Part shown: positions 55,168 to 63,578 of the stretch, one piece after another | Layout: each line of letters begins with the position of its first letter | Numbering within the stretch: the first letter of the stretch is position 1 | Assembly: GCA_044869805.1 (NCBI GenBank) | Contig: JBIOXV010000172.1 | Location: forward strand, 14,715-78,714 | Length of the DNA: 64,000 nucleotides | From: Thermoanaerobaculia bacterium | GTDB lineage: Bacteria > Acidobacteriota > Thermoanaerobaculia > Multivoradales > SZUA-115 | Direction: 5' to 3' | Program-made: the position numbers and the translations under genes | The notes under the pieces: generated by a model | What the model was told of the DNA's origin: nothing | Seen by the model: only the letters and a program-made list of their open reading frames with translations | The model's database searches: none

Positions 55168-57789
55168 TCATCGCCAGTCGCCCTGCAGCTCGAATGCGGC
55201 CCAGAACGAGGGGGCGCGCCAGCGAGCGTCGCCCCAGAGGGCGGCGTGGGCGGCCCGCAGCGCCGCCGCCGCGGGCAGGCGTTCGGCGAGCAGGCCGGTG
55301 TAGAAGCGGCCCATGAACGCGGCGGCGGCCTCGTCCGCCACCGGCCACGAGCTGACCAGCACGCGCTCTGCCCCGGCGGCGAGAAAGCCGCCCGGCAGCC
55401 CCACGATGCCCTCGCTCTCCACTTGCTGGCCGAGCGCCGTGCGGCAGGCGGAGAGGGTGACGAGGTCCGCCGCCAGGTCGAGGCGTGCGATCTCGAGCAG
55501 CCGCAGCCAGCCGTCTCGCGGCCGGCCCTGCCGATCGACGAGCGAGAGGGCGAGCCCCGAGACCTCCGGCTGGTGGGCGTCGATCAGGCCATGGGTGGCG
55601 AGGTGCAGGGTGTGGTAGGAGCCGAGCGCGCCGCCGCGCAGGAGCTCGGCATCGGCCTCGAAGTCGAGGGCGACGAAGGCCTCGCCGGCCGGTGGCAGCC
55701 GGGCCAGGATCTCGGCTTCCCGCCGCGTCGCCGGAAGCCGCGGCAGATAGCCAGCCGGTCCGGCCGCCGGCCGGGGCGGCGACAGCCGCGGGTCCGCGGC
55801 GGAGAACACCGGATCGGCGAGGATCGCTAGCGTGCGCCCGGGCTGAGGCCGGCGAGCCGGGCGCTCCCGCAGCGCGGCGAGGACCCCGGCAGAAGGCAGC
55901 GACACCAGCTCTCGGGCGACACCCAGCGGCCGCCGCAGCGAATCGCCCGGCAGCGGCAAAGCCGCGAACGGCAGGTGGGCCAGGGCGCCGTCCGGCACCA
56001 CGACGACGCGAGGCCGGCTGAGCTCGGCGGCCACGGGCCCGAGCAGCAGCTCCGCGAGCGCCGCCGCAGCCACCTCGGCCGGGGCGCGAAAGGCGCGCTC
56101 GTGGCTGCGTGCCAGGAGCTCGTGCAGCCGGACGGCGGCGGGCTCGATCTCGCCTCGGCGAGGGAGCACGGCCACCTGCAGCGAGCCCGGCGTCAGCACC
56201 CACACGTAACTCGCCCGGCGGCCGAGGAAGTACTCGAGGAGGACCGTGTCGCCGTCGAGAAGGCCAGCGGCGCCGGCGTGGTCGAGGGCCGCGGGGCGCA
56301 GGGCCGCGGCCGGCAGGGCTGCTCGCCAAGACGCTTCCGCGTCGCGGTACTCCTCGAGCAGGGCCTCCAGCTCGCGCGCCCGCTCGGACGATTCTCTCTC
56401 CCGCCCGGCCTCGGCCAGCCGGCGTTGCTCGCCGGCCAGGGCGCTTGCCCGGCGCGCGAGAACGGTGAGCGCCTGCGCAGCGGGGTCCTCGTCGTCCCCC
56501 CGGCGCAGCCACAACTGCTCGCGCAGGCTCTGCGCTCGCGCGGCCTCCGCGGCCTCCAGTGCGCGGCCTGCGAAACCCTGCCCCGGCCGCTGCTGCTCGA
56601 GCTCGATCAGCAGCTCCACCAACAGCTCGTAGAGATCGCGCTGCGAGGCCACCCAGGAGGATCGAAGGTCGGGCCGCAGCACCCTGGCCCGGACCGAGCG
56701 CACCAGCGCCAGTGCCTCGTTCACCCTCTCCACGGCGGCCTCGGGCCGGCCGCGGTCGCGCGCCAGGCGCGCCTGCCGGGCGAGGGTGAAGGCCTGCTCC
56801 CAGGGATTCGCAAGGCGCCGCTGCACGGCGAGCGCGGTCGCCAACAGCTCCTCCGCCGCCGCCAGCCGACCCTGCCGGCGTTCGGCCTCTCCGAGGTTGC
56901 CGAGGGTGGCCGCCTCGCCTCGCAGATCGTGCTCCAGGCGCCGCAAATGGAGGGCGGCCTCGAACGCCTTCTTGGCTGCGGCCGGCTCCCCCATCTCGTG
57001 ATGCGCGAGGCCCAGGTTGTTGAGCAGGTCGGCCTCGGCCCGCCGGTCGGCCACGGAGCGATGAATCGCCAGCGCCAGGTCGAACAGCTCGCGCGCCTGC
57101 TTCGCCTCGCCTGACCGCAGCCGGACTCGGCCCAGGTTGTTGAGCGCCGCTGCTTCGCCGGCGCGGTCGCCGAGCTCACGGGTCAGCTTCAGGGCGCCGT
57201 GCAGCTTCTGCTCAGCCGGCAGCCGGCGGCCGAGACCCGTGAGCAGGACTCCGAGGTTGTTGAGCGCGGCGGCCTGGCCTGCCCGGTCGCTCAGCTCCTT
57301 GGTGAGCCACAGCGCTCGGCGGTGGAGCTCGAGGGCTTGCTGCACCTCGCCGAGGTCGGCATAGAGCGTCGCGAGATTGTGGGTGGTCTCGGCCTCCGCC
57401 GCAGGATCGCGCGCGTCCCGGCGCAGCGCCAGCGCCTGCTCGAGCAACTTCACCGCTTCGACGGCGCCGCCTTCCTCGACCGCGAGCAGACCGAGGTTGT
57501 TGAGCACCGCCGCCTCGCCTTGCCGGTGGCCGGCGGCGCGATAGATCTCGAGCGTCCGCTCGTAGATCACCTCGGCTGCCGGCCGATCGCCTCGCTCGGC
57601 CGCGACCTGGGCCTCTCGAAAGAGCTCGGCGGCGAGAGCGATCTCACCGGCCGAAGGCTCCTGGGCCGAAGCGCCTTGGGCCGAAGCAGCTGGGGTCGAA
57701 GCCACTGGGGCCAGGACCGGCAGCGCAAGAAAGACCAGCCACAGGGCGCCAGCGCGGGCCGGGAGAGAGAGCGGCTCCCAGCCGAGCAT
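55168..57789 (-). CDS. Exported TPR-repeat CHAT-domain (caspase-like) protease
   Basis: ATG at 57789 with a signal-like N-terminus (ALWLVFLALPVLAPVAS). It has about 9 TPR units (recurring NNLG...). The C-terminal CHAT domain retains His (TLHLATHG) and Cys (LVTLSACRTA). The 218 N-terminal aa of the track ORF overlap the anti-sigma gene out of frame. Confidence 0.85.
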   Translation of the reverse strand: MLGWEPLSLPARAGALWLVFLALPVLAPVASTPAASAQGASAQEPSAGEIALAAELFREAQVAAERGDRPAAEVIYERTLEIYRAAGHRQGEAAVLNNLGLLAVEEGGAVEAVKLLEQALALRRDARDPAAEAETTHNLATLYADLGEVQQALELHRRALWLTKELSDRAGQAAALNNLGVLLTGLGRRLPAEQKLHGALKLTRELGDRAGEAAALNNLGRVRLRSGEAKQARELFDLALAIHRSVADRRAEADLLNNLGLAHHEMGEPAAAKKAFEAALHLRRLEHDLRGEAATLGNLGEAERRQGRLAAAEELLATALAVQRRLANPWEQAFTLARQARLARDRGRPEAAVERVNEALALVRSVRARVLRPDLRSSWVASQRDLYELLVELLIELEQQRPGQGFAGRALEAAEAARAQSLREQLWLRRGDDEDPAAQALTVLARRASALAGEQRRLAEAGRERESSERARELEALLEEYRDAEASWRAALPAAALRPAALDHAGAAGLLDGDTVLLEYFLGRRASYVWVLTPGSLQVAVLPRRGEIEPAAVRLHELLARSHERAFRAPAEVAAAALAELLLGPVAAELSRPRVVVVPDGALAHLPFAALPLPGDSLRRPLGVARELVSLPSAGVLAALRERPARRPQPGRTLAILADPVFSAADPRLSPPRPAAGPAGYLPRLPATRREAEILARLPPAGEAFVALDFEADAELLRGGALGSYHTLHLATHGLIDAHQPEVSGLALSLVDRQGRPRDGWLRLLEIARLDLAADLVTLSACRTALGQQVESEGIVGLPGGFLAAGAERVLVSSWPVADEAAAAFMGRFYTGLLAERLPAAAALRAAHAALWGDARWRAPSFWAAFELQGDWR

Positions 57790-57818
57790 GGCCAAGGCTG
57801 CCCAGCGCGTCGTCAAGG

Positions 57819-58613
57819 TCAGGGCTCCTCGAAGACGGCGCGATACTCCTCGATCAACGACTCGCTCCCGCCGCGAACGCCCAGCAGGCGGAAGCGCAGC
57901 TCTCCCACGGCGAGGCGCTGCGGCAGGAGCAGCGAGAAGCTCCCGGACTCGCCCGGCTCGACGGCACCCTGCCACAGGGGCTTGCCCGACCTTTCCTCGA
58001 CCGAGAGACGATAGGAGGTGAAGGCCTGGGCGTCGGCGGGCGGCGTGAGCAGGACGGTGACCCAGCGGGCCGCGCGGGGCAGGGAGACGCTCTGCGGCCC
58101 CTCCTCGCCCCGTGGGCGGAAGCTCCCGGGGTAGAGGTCGACGACCGCCGCACCCGCCTGCGGCTCGAACGCCGCACGCAGCCGCGAATTCTCGGAGGCG
58201 AGCGAGAAGGCCCACAGGCCTAGCCCCGCGGCAGCCAGGAAGAGCGCGGCTACAAGGCTCGGCACGAGCCTGTTCGCGAGCTGTCGCCGAGATCCCGGAA
58301 GCGAAGCCGGGGAAGGCGCGGCCGGCGGGAAGGCGCGGGCCACCACGGCGTCGACCGCGGCCGCCAGCGCCTCCGGCTCGAGGTCCACATCCGGCTGAGC
58401 GTCGGCGGCGAGCGCGCGCAGCTCGAGCGCCCGGTCCGTGCACTCGCGGCAGGCGGCGAGGTGGGCCTCGATCTGGTCCCGCTCCGCCGCCGCCAGCTCG
58501 GCCTGGGCGAAGGCTCCGAGCGCAGCGGGCGAGGGATGCTGCTCGGAGCCCTCGGCGAGGAGGGCGAAGGCCTGGTAGAGCTCTGCCTCGGAAAGTGGAT
58601 CTCGCTCGTTCAC
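57819..58613 (-). CDS. Anti-sigma factor (zf-HC2 type, single-pass membrane protein)
   Basis: 264-aa ORF with HLAACRECTD (HxxxCxxC) and a TM segment (LVPSLVAALFLAAAGLGLWAF). The periplasmic domain is about 125 aa. It starts 4 nt after the sigma gene stop. Confidence 0.8.
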   Translation of the reverse strand: MNERDPLSEAELYQAFALLAEGSEQHPSPAALGAFAQAELAAAERDQIEAHLAACRECTDRALELRALAADAQPDVDLEPEALAAAVDAVVARAFPPAAPSPASLPGSRRQLANRLVPSLVAALFLAAAGLGLWAFSLASENSRLRAAFEPQAGAAVVDLYPGSFRPRGEEGPQSVSLPRAARWVTVLLTPPADAQAFTSYRLSVEERSGKPLWQGAVEPGESGSFSLLLPQRLAVGELRFRLLGVRGGSESLIEEYRAVFEEP

Positions 58614-58617
58614 GGCC

Positions 58618-59268
58618 TCATCCTTCGCCTCTTCGGTCCTCGCCGGCGAGCTCGGCCTCGAGCCGCTTCCGCGCCTGGTACAGGTGCGCCTTCACGGTAT
58701 CCACGGTCAGCCCCATGAGGACCGCGATCTCGCCGTAGCTCCTCTCCTGGTACACCCGCAGCGCAAGGCAGGTGCGCATCCGCGCCGGCAGGCGCTCGAT
58801 CGCCTGCCGCAGCCGCTCCCGCCGTTCCTTGGCGAGCGCCTGGCGCAGCGGGTCGTCCGCGAGCGGTGCCCGAGCCACCTCCGCCAAGGCCGATCCCTCC
58901 GGCAGATCCACCATGGCCGTCTCGCCCTGGCGTTTGTGCGCGCGTACGCGGCGCACCGCCTTGCGCAGCACGTTGGCCGCGATCTCGAACAGCCAGGGCT
59001 CGAAGCGCGTGGCCTGGCGGACCTCCGCCAACCCTCTTACGATCCCGAGGAACGTCTGCTGGGTTAGATCGCGCGCCTCCTCGTCGGCGAGGCCCCGCCG
59101 CACGAAGTAGCGGTGCACCGGGCGGTAGTAGGCCTCGACTAAGCGCCGGAAGCTCGCTTCGCGGTCGCTCCCCCGCCGCCACGCGGCGACCAGCCGATCG
59201 ATCTCCTCGCGCTCCAAGCGCCGCCAGTCTATTGCTCTGCCGTGACCGGTCTCTGCAAGTGACCCCAA
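58618..59268 (-). CDS. ECF (sigma-70 family) RNA polymerase sigma factor 1
   Basis: Region 2 reads FRRLVEAYYRPVHRYFVRRGLADEEARDLTQQTFL. Region 4 reads SYGEIAVLMGLTVDTVKAHLYQARKRL. There is no ATG. Candidate TTG starts are at 59268 and 59217, so the start is uncertain. Confidence 0.75.
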   Translation of the reverse strand: MGSLAETGHGRAIDWRRLEREEIDRLVAAWRRGSDREASFRRLVEAYYRPVHRYFVRRGLADEEARDLTQQTFLGIVRGLAEVRQATRFEPWLFEIAANVLRKAVRRVRAHKRQGETAMVDLPEGSALAEVARAPLADDPLRQALAKERRERLRQAIERLPARMRTCLALRVYQERSYGEIAVLMGLTVDTVKAHLYQARKRLEAELAGEDRRGEG

Positions 59269-59274
59269 CGCTCC

Positions 59275-59288
59275 CGCGCCCTGGCGCG
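59275..59288. promoter_or_regulatory. Palindrome CGCGCC-CT-GGCGCG centred between the two divergent ECF sigma genes
   Basis: Perfect 6+6 inverted repeat at 59275-59288. It could be an operator, or a chance event in GC-rich DNA. Confidence 0.2.
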
Positions 59289-59299
59289 TCTTAGAGAGC

Positions 59300-59878
59300 G
59301 TGGAACGAACGGTGGTGCTGGGAGAGCTGACGCTGCGACCGATCGAGGCAGAGGAAGCGGGCGAACGGTTGGAGCGGCTCTTCGACGCCCACCACCAACG
59401 CCTGTTTCGCCTGGCGCGGCGGCTCAGCTCGGACGCCGAGGAGGCCCGCGACCTGGTACAGGAGACCTTCCTGCGCGCGGCGCGGCGGCCGGCGGCGGTC
59501 CCCGAGGGCGAGAGTGGCGGCGAGGCCTGGCTGGTGCGCGTACTGGTCAACCTCTGCCGCGATCGTTACCGGCGCCGCTCCGTGCGCCAGGAGTCGCGGC
59601 CCGCCCTGGCGGTGCCGAGTGCCGTCCAGGACCCGGCGGAGGCGGCCGTGGCCAGGGCGTCGGTGACCGCGGCGCTGGCGCGGCTTCCGGCGCGGCGGCG
59701 GGCCGTGGTGGTGCTCGCCGAGCTCGAGGAGCTGCCGAACGTGGAGGTGGCGCGGCTCCTGGGGATGGCCAAGGTCACCGTGCGCTGGCATCTCGCCGCC
59801 GCGCGCAAGCAGCTCGCCGTGATCCTGCGGCCGGTGCTGAAGGCGCCCGGTGCTCGCATCGAGGAGGTGGAACCATGA
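59300..59878 (+). CDS. ECF (sigma-70 family) RNA polymerase sigma factor 2
   Basis: Region 2 reads LFDAHHQRLFRLARRLSSDAEEARDLVQETFL. Region 4 reads LPNVEVARLLGMAKVTVRWHLAAARKQL. The start is a GTG at 59300; an in-frame TTG further downstream with GAGGAAG upstream is an alternative. Confidence 0.78.
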   Translation: MERTVVLGELTLRPIEAEEAGERLERLFDAHHQRLFRLARRLSSDAEEARDLVQETFLRAARRPAAVPEGESGGEAWLVRVLVNLCRDRYRRRSVRQESRPALAVPSAVQDPAEAAVARASVTAALARLPARRRAVVVLAELEELPNVEVARLLGMAKVTVRWHLAAARKQLAVILRPVLKAPGARIEEVEP

Positions 59879-60465
59879 GCTCGAACCGCAAGCCCGAGAC
59901 GGACCTGACCCGGCTGCTGCGGCGGGGAGACCCGGCCTTGGAAGGCGAAAGTCTGCCGCCCACCGACGTGGCGCGGATGCGCCGCAGCATGCTCGCCGCG
60001 ATCGAGGCGGCGGTCAGGCCACCCTTGCTCCCCTGGCGGCCGGTACTCGCCGCGGCCGGCAGCGTGGCCCTCGTCTTCGCCTTGGGGGTCGCCTGGTGGA
60101 GGCTCGGACCGCCGGCCGGATCGAGAGAAGAGAAGCTGGCCGTCGTAGTCGGCGTACCAGAACCGCCTGGCCAGATGCTTCCCGCCGAGCCGGCAGGCGC
60201 CAGCCGCGGAACCGCGGCGGCGCAGCAGCAGCTCACCCGCAGTGCACCAGCTCCAGGCGCCATCACCCCTGCGTCGCGGCCGGCTCGCAAGCCGCGGCCC
60301 GCTCGGCCGGGTCCCGCTGCCCCGCGGGCGGCGCCGGCCTCCCCGGCGGGGGCCGCGGTCCATGCCGCACGCCAGGTCGAGTTCGAAACCCCGGGCGGGA
60401 CCCGTGTCGTCTGGGTCCTCGACCCTTACTTCTCTCTCCACCCAACGGAGGTTCAAACCCGATGA
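59875..60465 (+). CDS. Single-pass membrane protein, candidate non-canonical anti-sigma factor
   Basis: The ATG overlaps the sigma-2 stop (ATGA) and is preceded by GAGGAGG. It has a TM segment (VLAAAGSVALVFALGVAWW) and a Pro/Ala-rich periplasmic region. No zf-HC2 Cys/His motif. Confidence 0.65.
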   Translation: MSSNRKPETDLTRLLRRGDPALEGESLPPTDVARMRRSMLAAIEAAVRPPLLPWRPVLAAAGSVALVFALGVAWWRLGPPAGSREEKLAVVVGVPEPPGQMLPAEPAGASRGTAAAQQQLTRSAPAPGAITPASRPARKPRPARPGPAAPRAAPASPAGAAVHAARQVEFETPGGTRVVWVLDPYFSLHPTEVQTR

Positions 60466-61238
60466 AGATCCTGCGACTGCCTTGCCGGCCCTGGTCTCTG
60501 CTCGCCCTGGGCCTAGTCTGGGCCGTGGCCCTCGCGCTCCCCATGCCGCTTTCCGCGGCAGAAGGCGGGAAGGTGGATGTCTACGAGCGCGAATACATGC
60601 TGCGCCAGCTCTCGTCGCACGAGGCCGAGGTCCTGCTGTGGGACCAGTGCCCCAAGCCGCCCACCGGAGTGTGCCGTGTGCGCGGCACCGGGCTGCGGGA
60701 CGGCGTGTGGGTCATCGTCGTGTACGCGGACGACGCCACCCACGCCCGCATCGCTCGCGCCCTCGCAGCGCAAGACGTGTTGCCGGCCACCCACGCCTTC
60801 CAGGTGGTCTTGCTCCTCGCCGACCGCCAGACCGGCGGCATCCCCAAGGAGCTGCCTGCCAACACGCAGAAGGCCCTGCAGGATGTGGTGGGCTTCCTGC
60901 CCTTCACCCGCTTCCGCGTGCTCGACTCGGGCTGGGTGCGCACCGCGGGCGACGGCCAGTTGCTGCTGGGAGGCTTGGCCGGCCCACCCATCCAGGTGAC
61001 GCTCGAGCTCGGCCGCCGTGGGGGCGACCAGATGTACATGCAAGGCTTCCAGGTGGCAGCCCCGATCGTGCCGCCGAGCTACGATCCCAAGGACGCGAAG
61101 AACCCGCCGCACTGGCCGATGCGCATCCTGATCAACACCGCCTTCGGGATCAGGCTCGGCGAAACGCTGGTGGTCGGCACCTCGAGGCTCGACGGAGGCG
61201 ACGAGGCGCTGGTAGCGCTGGTGAGCGCCGTGGAGTAA
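60462..61238 (+). CDS. Secreted protein of unknown function (weak resemblance to secretin N-domain modules)
   Basis: The ATG overlaps the upstream stop (ATGA), with GGAG upstream. It has a signal peptide (LLALGLVWAVALALPMPLSAA). Only the last 258 aa of the 462-aa track ORF belong to this gene. Confidence 0.65.
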   Translation: MKILRLPCRPWSLLALGLVWAVALALPMPLSAAEGGKVDVYEREYMLRQLSSHEAEVLLWDQCPKPPTGVCRVRGTGLRDGVWVIVVYADDATHARIARALAAQDVLPATHAFQVVLLLADRQTGGIPKELPANTQKALQDVVGFLPFTRFRVLDSGWVRTAGDGQLLLGGLAGPPIQVTLELGRRGGDQMYMQGFQVAAPIVPPSYDPKDAKNPPHWPMRILINTAFGIRLGETLVVGTSRLDGGDEALVALVSAVE

Positions 61239-61308
61239 GGAGCATGTGCGGCGTGGCCCGCGCGGGCGCTACCCAGCCGTGGGGTAGTCTTCGCGCGGAC
61301 CGCCGACC

Positions 61309-62901
61309 GTGCAGACCGCCAGCGCAGAGCCGATCGCCACAGCCTCATCGCACCCGGATGCCGCCCCCGCACGCTCCCGTCGCGCCGGGATCCTCCTCCA
61401 CCCGACCTCGCTCCCCGGCCCTTTCGGCATCGGTGACCTGGGCCCGGCCGCGGAGGCGTTCCTCGACTGGGCGGCGAGCGCCGGCCAGGGGACCTGGCAG
61501 GTGCTTCCCCTCTCGCCCACGGGCTACGGCAACTCGCCCTACAGTGCGCTGTCTTCGTTCGCCGGCAACCCGCTGCTGATCTCTCCCGAGGCGCTGGAGC
61601 GCGACGGCCTGCTCGACGCGGCGGAGCTCGAGCGGCTGCCGCGGAGCGCCGGCTCCCGCGTCGACTTCCCGGCGGTGCACGCCGCCAAGGCCGCGATACT
61701 CCGCGCCGCGTGGGAGCGCTTCCGTTCGACACCGCCGGCCGGTCTCGGCGACGCCCTCGAGCTTTTCTCCAGCGTCGCCGCGACCGCCGCCTGGCTCGAC
61801 GAATGGTGCCTGTTCGCGGCACTGCGCGACCGCTTCGCCGGCCGGCCCTGGCCGGCCTGGGACCGCGAGCTGGCGCACCGCGAACCCGCGGCCCTGGCGA
61901 CGGCACGCCGCGAGCTCGAGGCGGAGATCGCCTTCCGCCGCTTCGTCCAGTTCCTCTTCTTCCGCCAGTGGCAGGCGATTCGGGAGCGGGCGCGAGTGTT
62001 GGGCATCGAGGTGATGGGCGACCTGCCGATCTACGTGCCGCTCGACAGTGCGGACGTGTGGTCGCGCCAGGACCTGTTCGAGCTCGACGATGGCGGCCGG
62101 TCGCTCGCGGTCTCGGGTGTGCCGCCGGACGCCTTCAGCAGCACGGGCCAGCTCTGGGGCACGCCCATCTACCGCTGGGACCGCCTCCGCGACGAGGAGT
62201 TCGGCTGGTGGGTCGACCGCCTGCGCGCCAGCCTGCGCTTCGCCGATCGCGTGCGGCTCGACCACTTCCGCGGCTTCGAGTCGTACTGGCGCGTGCCGGC
62301 CGAGGCCGAGACCGCGATCGACGGCCGGTGGGAGCCGGGGCCGGGCCTCGGTCTCTTCGAGGCCTTCGAGCGTGGCCTGGGGAGGCCGAACCTGGTCGCG
62401 GAGGATCTGGGGGTGATCACGCCCGAGGTCGAGTCGCTGCTCGAGGCGACCGGCCTGCCGCGCATGAAGGTCTTGCAGTTCGCCTTCTCCGAGGCCGACA
62501 GCAAGCACCTGCCGCACCACCACCTGCCCAAGGCGGTGGCCTACACCGGCACCCACGACAACGACACGGTGCGCGGCTGGTTCTCCGGCCTCGGCCCGGA
62601 GGAGCGACAGAGGGCGCGGGATTACCTGGGGCTGGAAGAGCGAACCGGGAGCGGAGGGGAAAGCGGCATCGAGTGGGCGATGATCCGCGCCGCGTACACC
62701 TCGGTGGCGGAGACCGCCGTGGTGCCGCTCCAGGACGTGCTGGGCCTGGGCAGCGAGGCGCGGATGAACCGGCCGGGAAGGCCGGAGGGCAACTGGTCGT
62801 GGCGGGCGCGGGAAGAGGAGGTCCGCGCCGGGCTCTCCGCACGCCTGCGGCGGCTGGCCGAGATCAGCGGCAGGCTGAGCTCGGCGTCGCGCACCCCCTG
62901 A
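61309..62901 (+). CDS. malQ: 4-alpha-glucanotransferase (amylomaltase, GH77)
   Basis: 530-aa ORF. It contains RRAGILLHPTSLPGPFGIGDLG, YSALSSFAGNPLLISPE, RLDHFRGF, EDLGVITPEV and YTGTHDNDT. Confidence 0.93.
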   Translation: MQTASAEPIATASSHPDAAPARSRRAGILLHPTSLPGPFGIGDLGPAAEAFLDWAASAGQGTWQVLPLSPTGYGNSPYSALSSFAGNPLLISPEALERDGLLDAAELERLPRSAGSRVDFPAVHAAKAAILRAAWERFRSTPPAGLGDALELFSSVAATAAWLDEWCLFAALRDRFAGRPWPAWDRELAHREPAALATARRELEAEIAFRRFVQFLFFRQWQAIRERARVLGIEVMGDLPIYVPLDSADVWSRQDLFELDDGGRSLAVSGVPPDAFSSTGQLWGTPIYRWDRLRDEEFGWWVDRLRASLRFADRVRLDHFRGFESYWRVPAEAETAIDGRWEPGPGLGLFEAFERGLGRPNLVAEDLGVITPEVESLLEATGLPRMKVLQFAFSEADSKHLPHHHLPKAVAYTGTHDNDTVRGWFSGLGPEERQRARDYLGLEERTGSGGESGIEWAMIRAAYTSVAETAVVPLQDVLGLGSEARMNRPGRPEGNWSWRAREEEVRAGLSARLRRLAEISGRLSSASRTP

Positions 62902-62917
62902 GCTGCCGTCGGGCCGC

Positions 62918-63523
62918 TCAGGAGGGGCGCTTCGCGCCCAACAGGCTGCCGAGCACGCCGATGCCGCTCGCCGCCAGGTCGTCGAGCATCGAGCCGTCGC
63001 CGTCGCGGTCGAAGAGCGAGCCCAGGGAGCCCATCAGATCGGGCGCCGCTTCGGTGGCGCGCGTCTGCTCCTTTTCGAGCAGGTCGGAGAGCCCGCCAGC
63101 GTCGAGGTCGCGTCGCCGTTGCAGCTTGCCGAGCGCCGCCATGACGATCGGCGCCAGCAGGGCGAGGATGCGCGCCACCTGAGCGCCGTCGAGGCCCGAG
63201 GAGCGGCCGAGGGTGCTCTCCACGGCATCCCGCTTGCCTCCCAGCACGTGGCCCAGGATGCCGTCACCGAGCGAGAAGTTGCCGCCGCCGAGGAAGCTCC
63301 CCAGGTCGTCGAGCAAGCTGCCGTCGTGATCGCGGTTGAGAGCACCGAGGATCGACGCGGCGTCGCCCGCGCTGGCGTTCCTCGCCAGCGCGCTGACCAG
63401 CATGGGGACCGCGGTCTCGACGACGTTGCGGGTGGCCCCGATGCCGGTGCCGGCCTGCCGGCTGATCTCGGCGACCGTGTCGTCGCCGAGGTGCTGACCC
63501 AAGAGGTCGAAGATCGAGGACAT
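62918..63523 (-). CDS. DUF937 family protein
   Basis: 201-aa ORF beginning MSSIFDLLGQHLG. It has repeated DGS(L/M)LDDL motifs typical of DUF937. Confidence 0.8.
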   Translation of the reverse strand: MSSIFDLLGQHLGDDTVAEISRQAGTGIGATRNVVETAVPMLVSALARNASAGDAASILGALNRDHDGSLLDDLGSFLGGGNFSLGDGILGHVLGGKRDAVESTLGRSSGLDGAQVARILALLAPIVMAALGKLQRRRDLDAGGLSDLLEKEQTRATEAAPDLMGSLGSLFDRDGDGSMLDDLAASGIGVLGSLLGAKRPS

Positions 63524-63578
63524 GCGGTGCTCCTCCTATTGACCGGAGCTCACGATTTTGCCGAGGCGGCGCCAGAGG

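Noticed and set aside
57790-58443. N-terminal 218 aa of the 1091-aa CHAT ORF
   Set aside because: It overlaps the anti-sigma gene out of frame. The internal ATG at 57789 gives a signal peptide and leaves a 29-nt gap after the anti-sigma stop.
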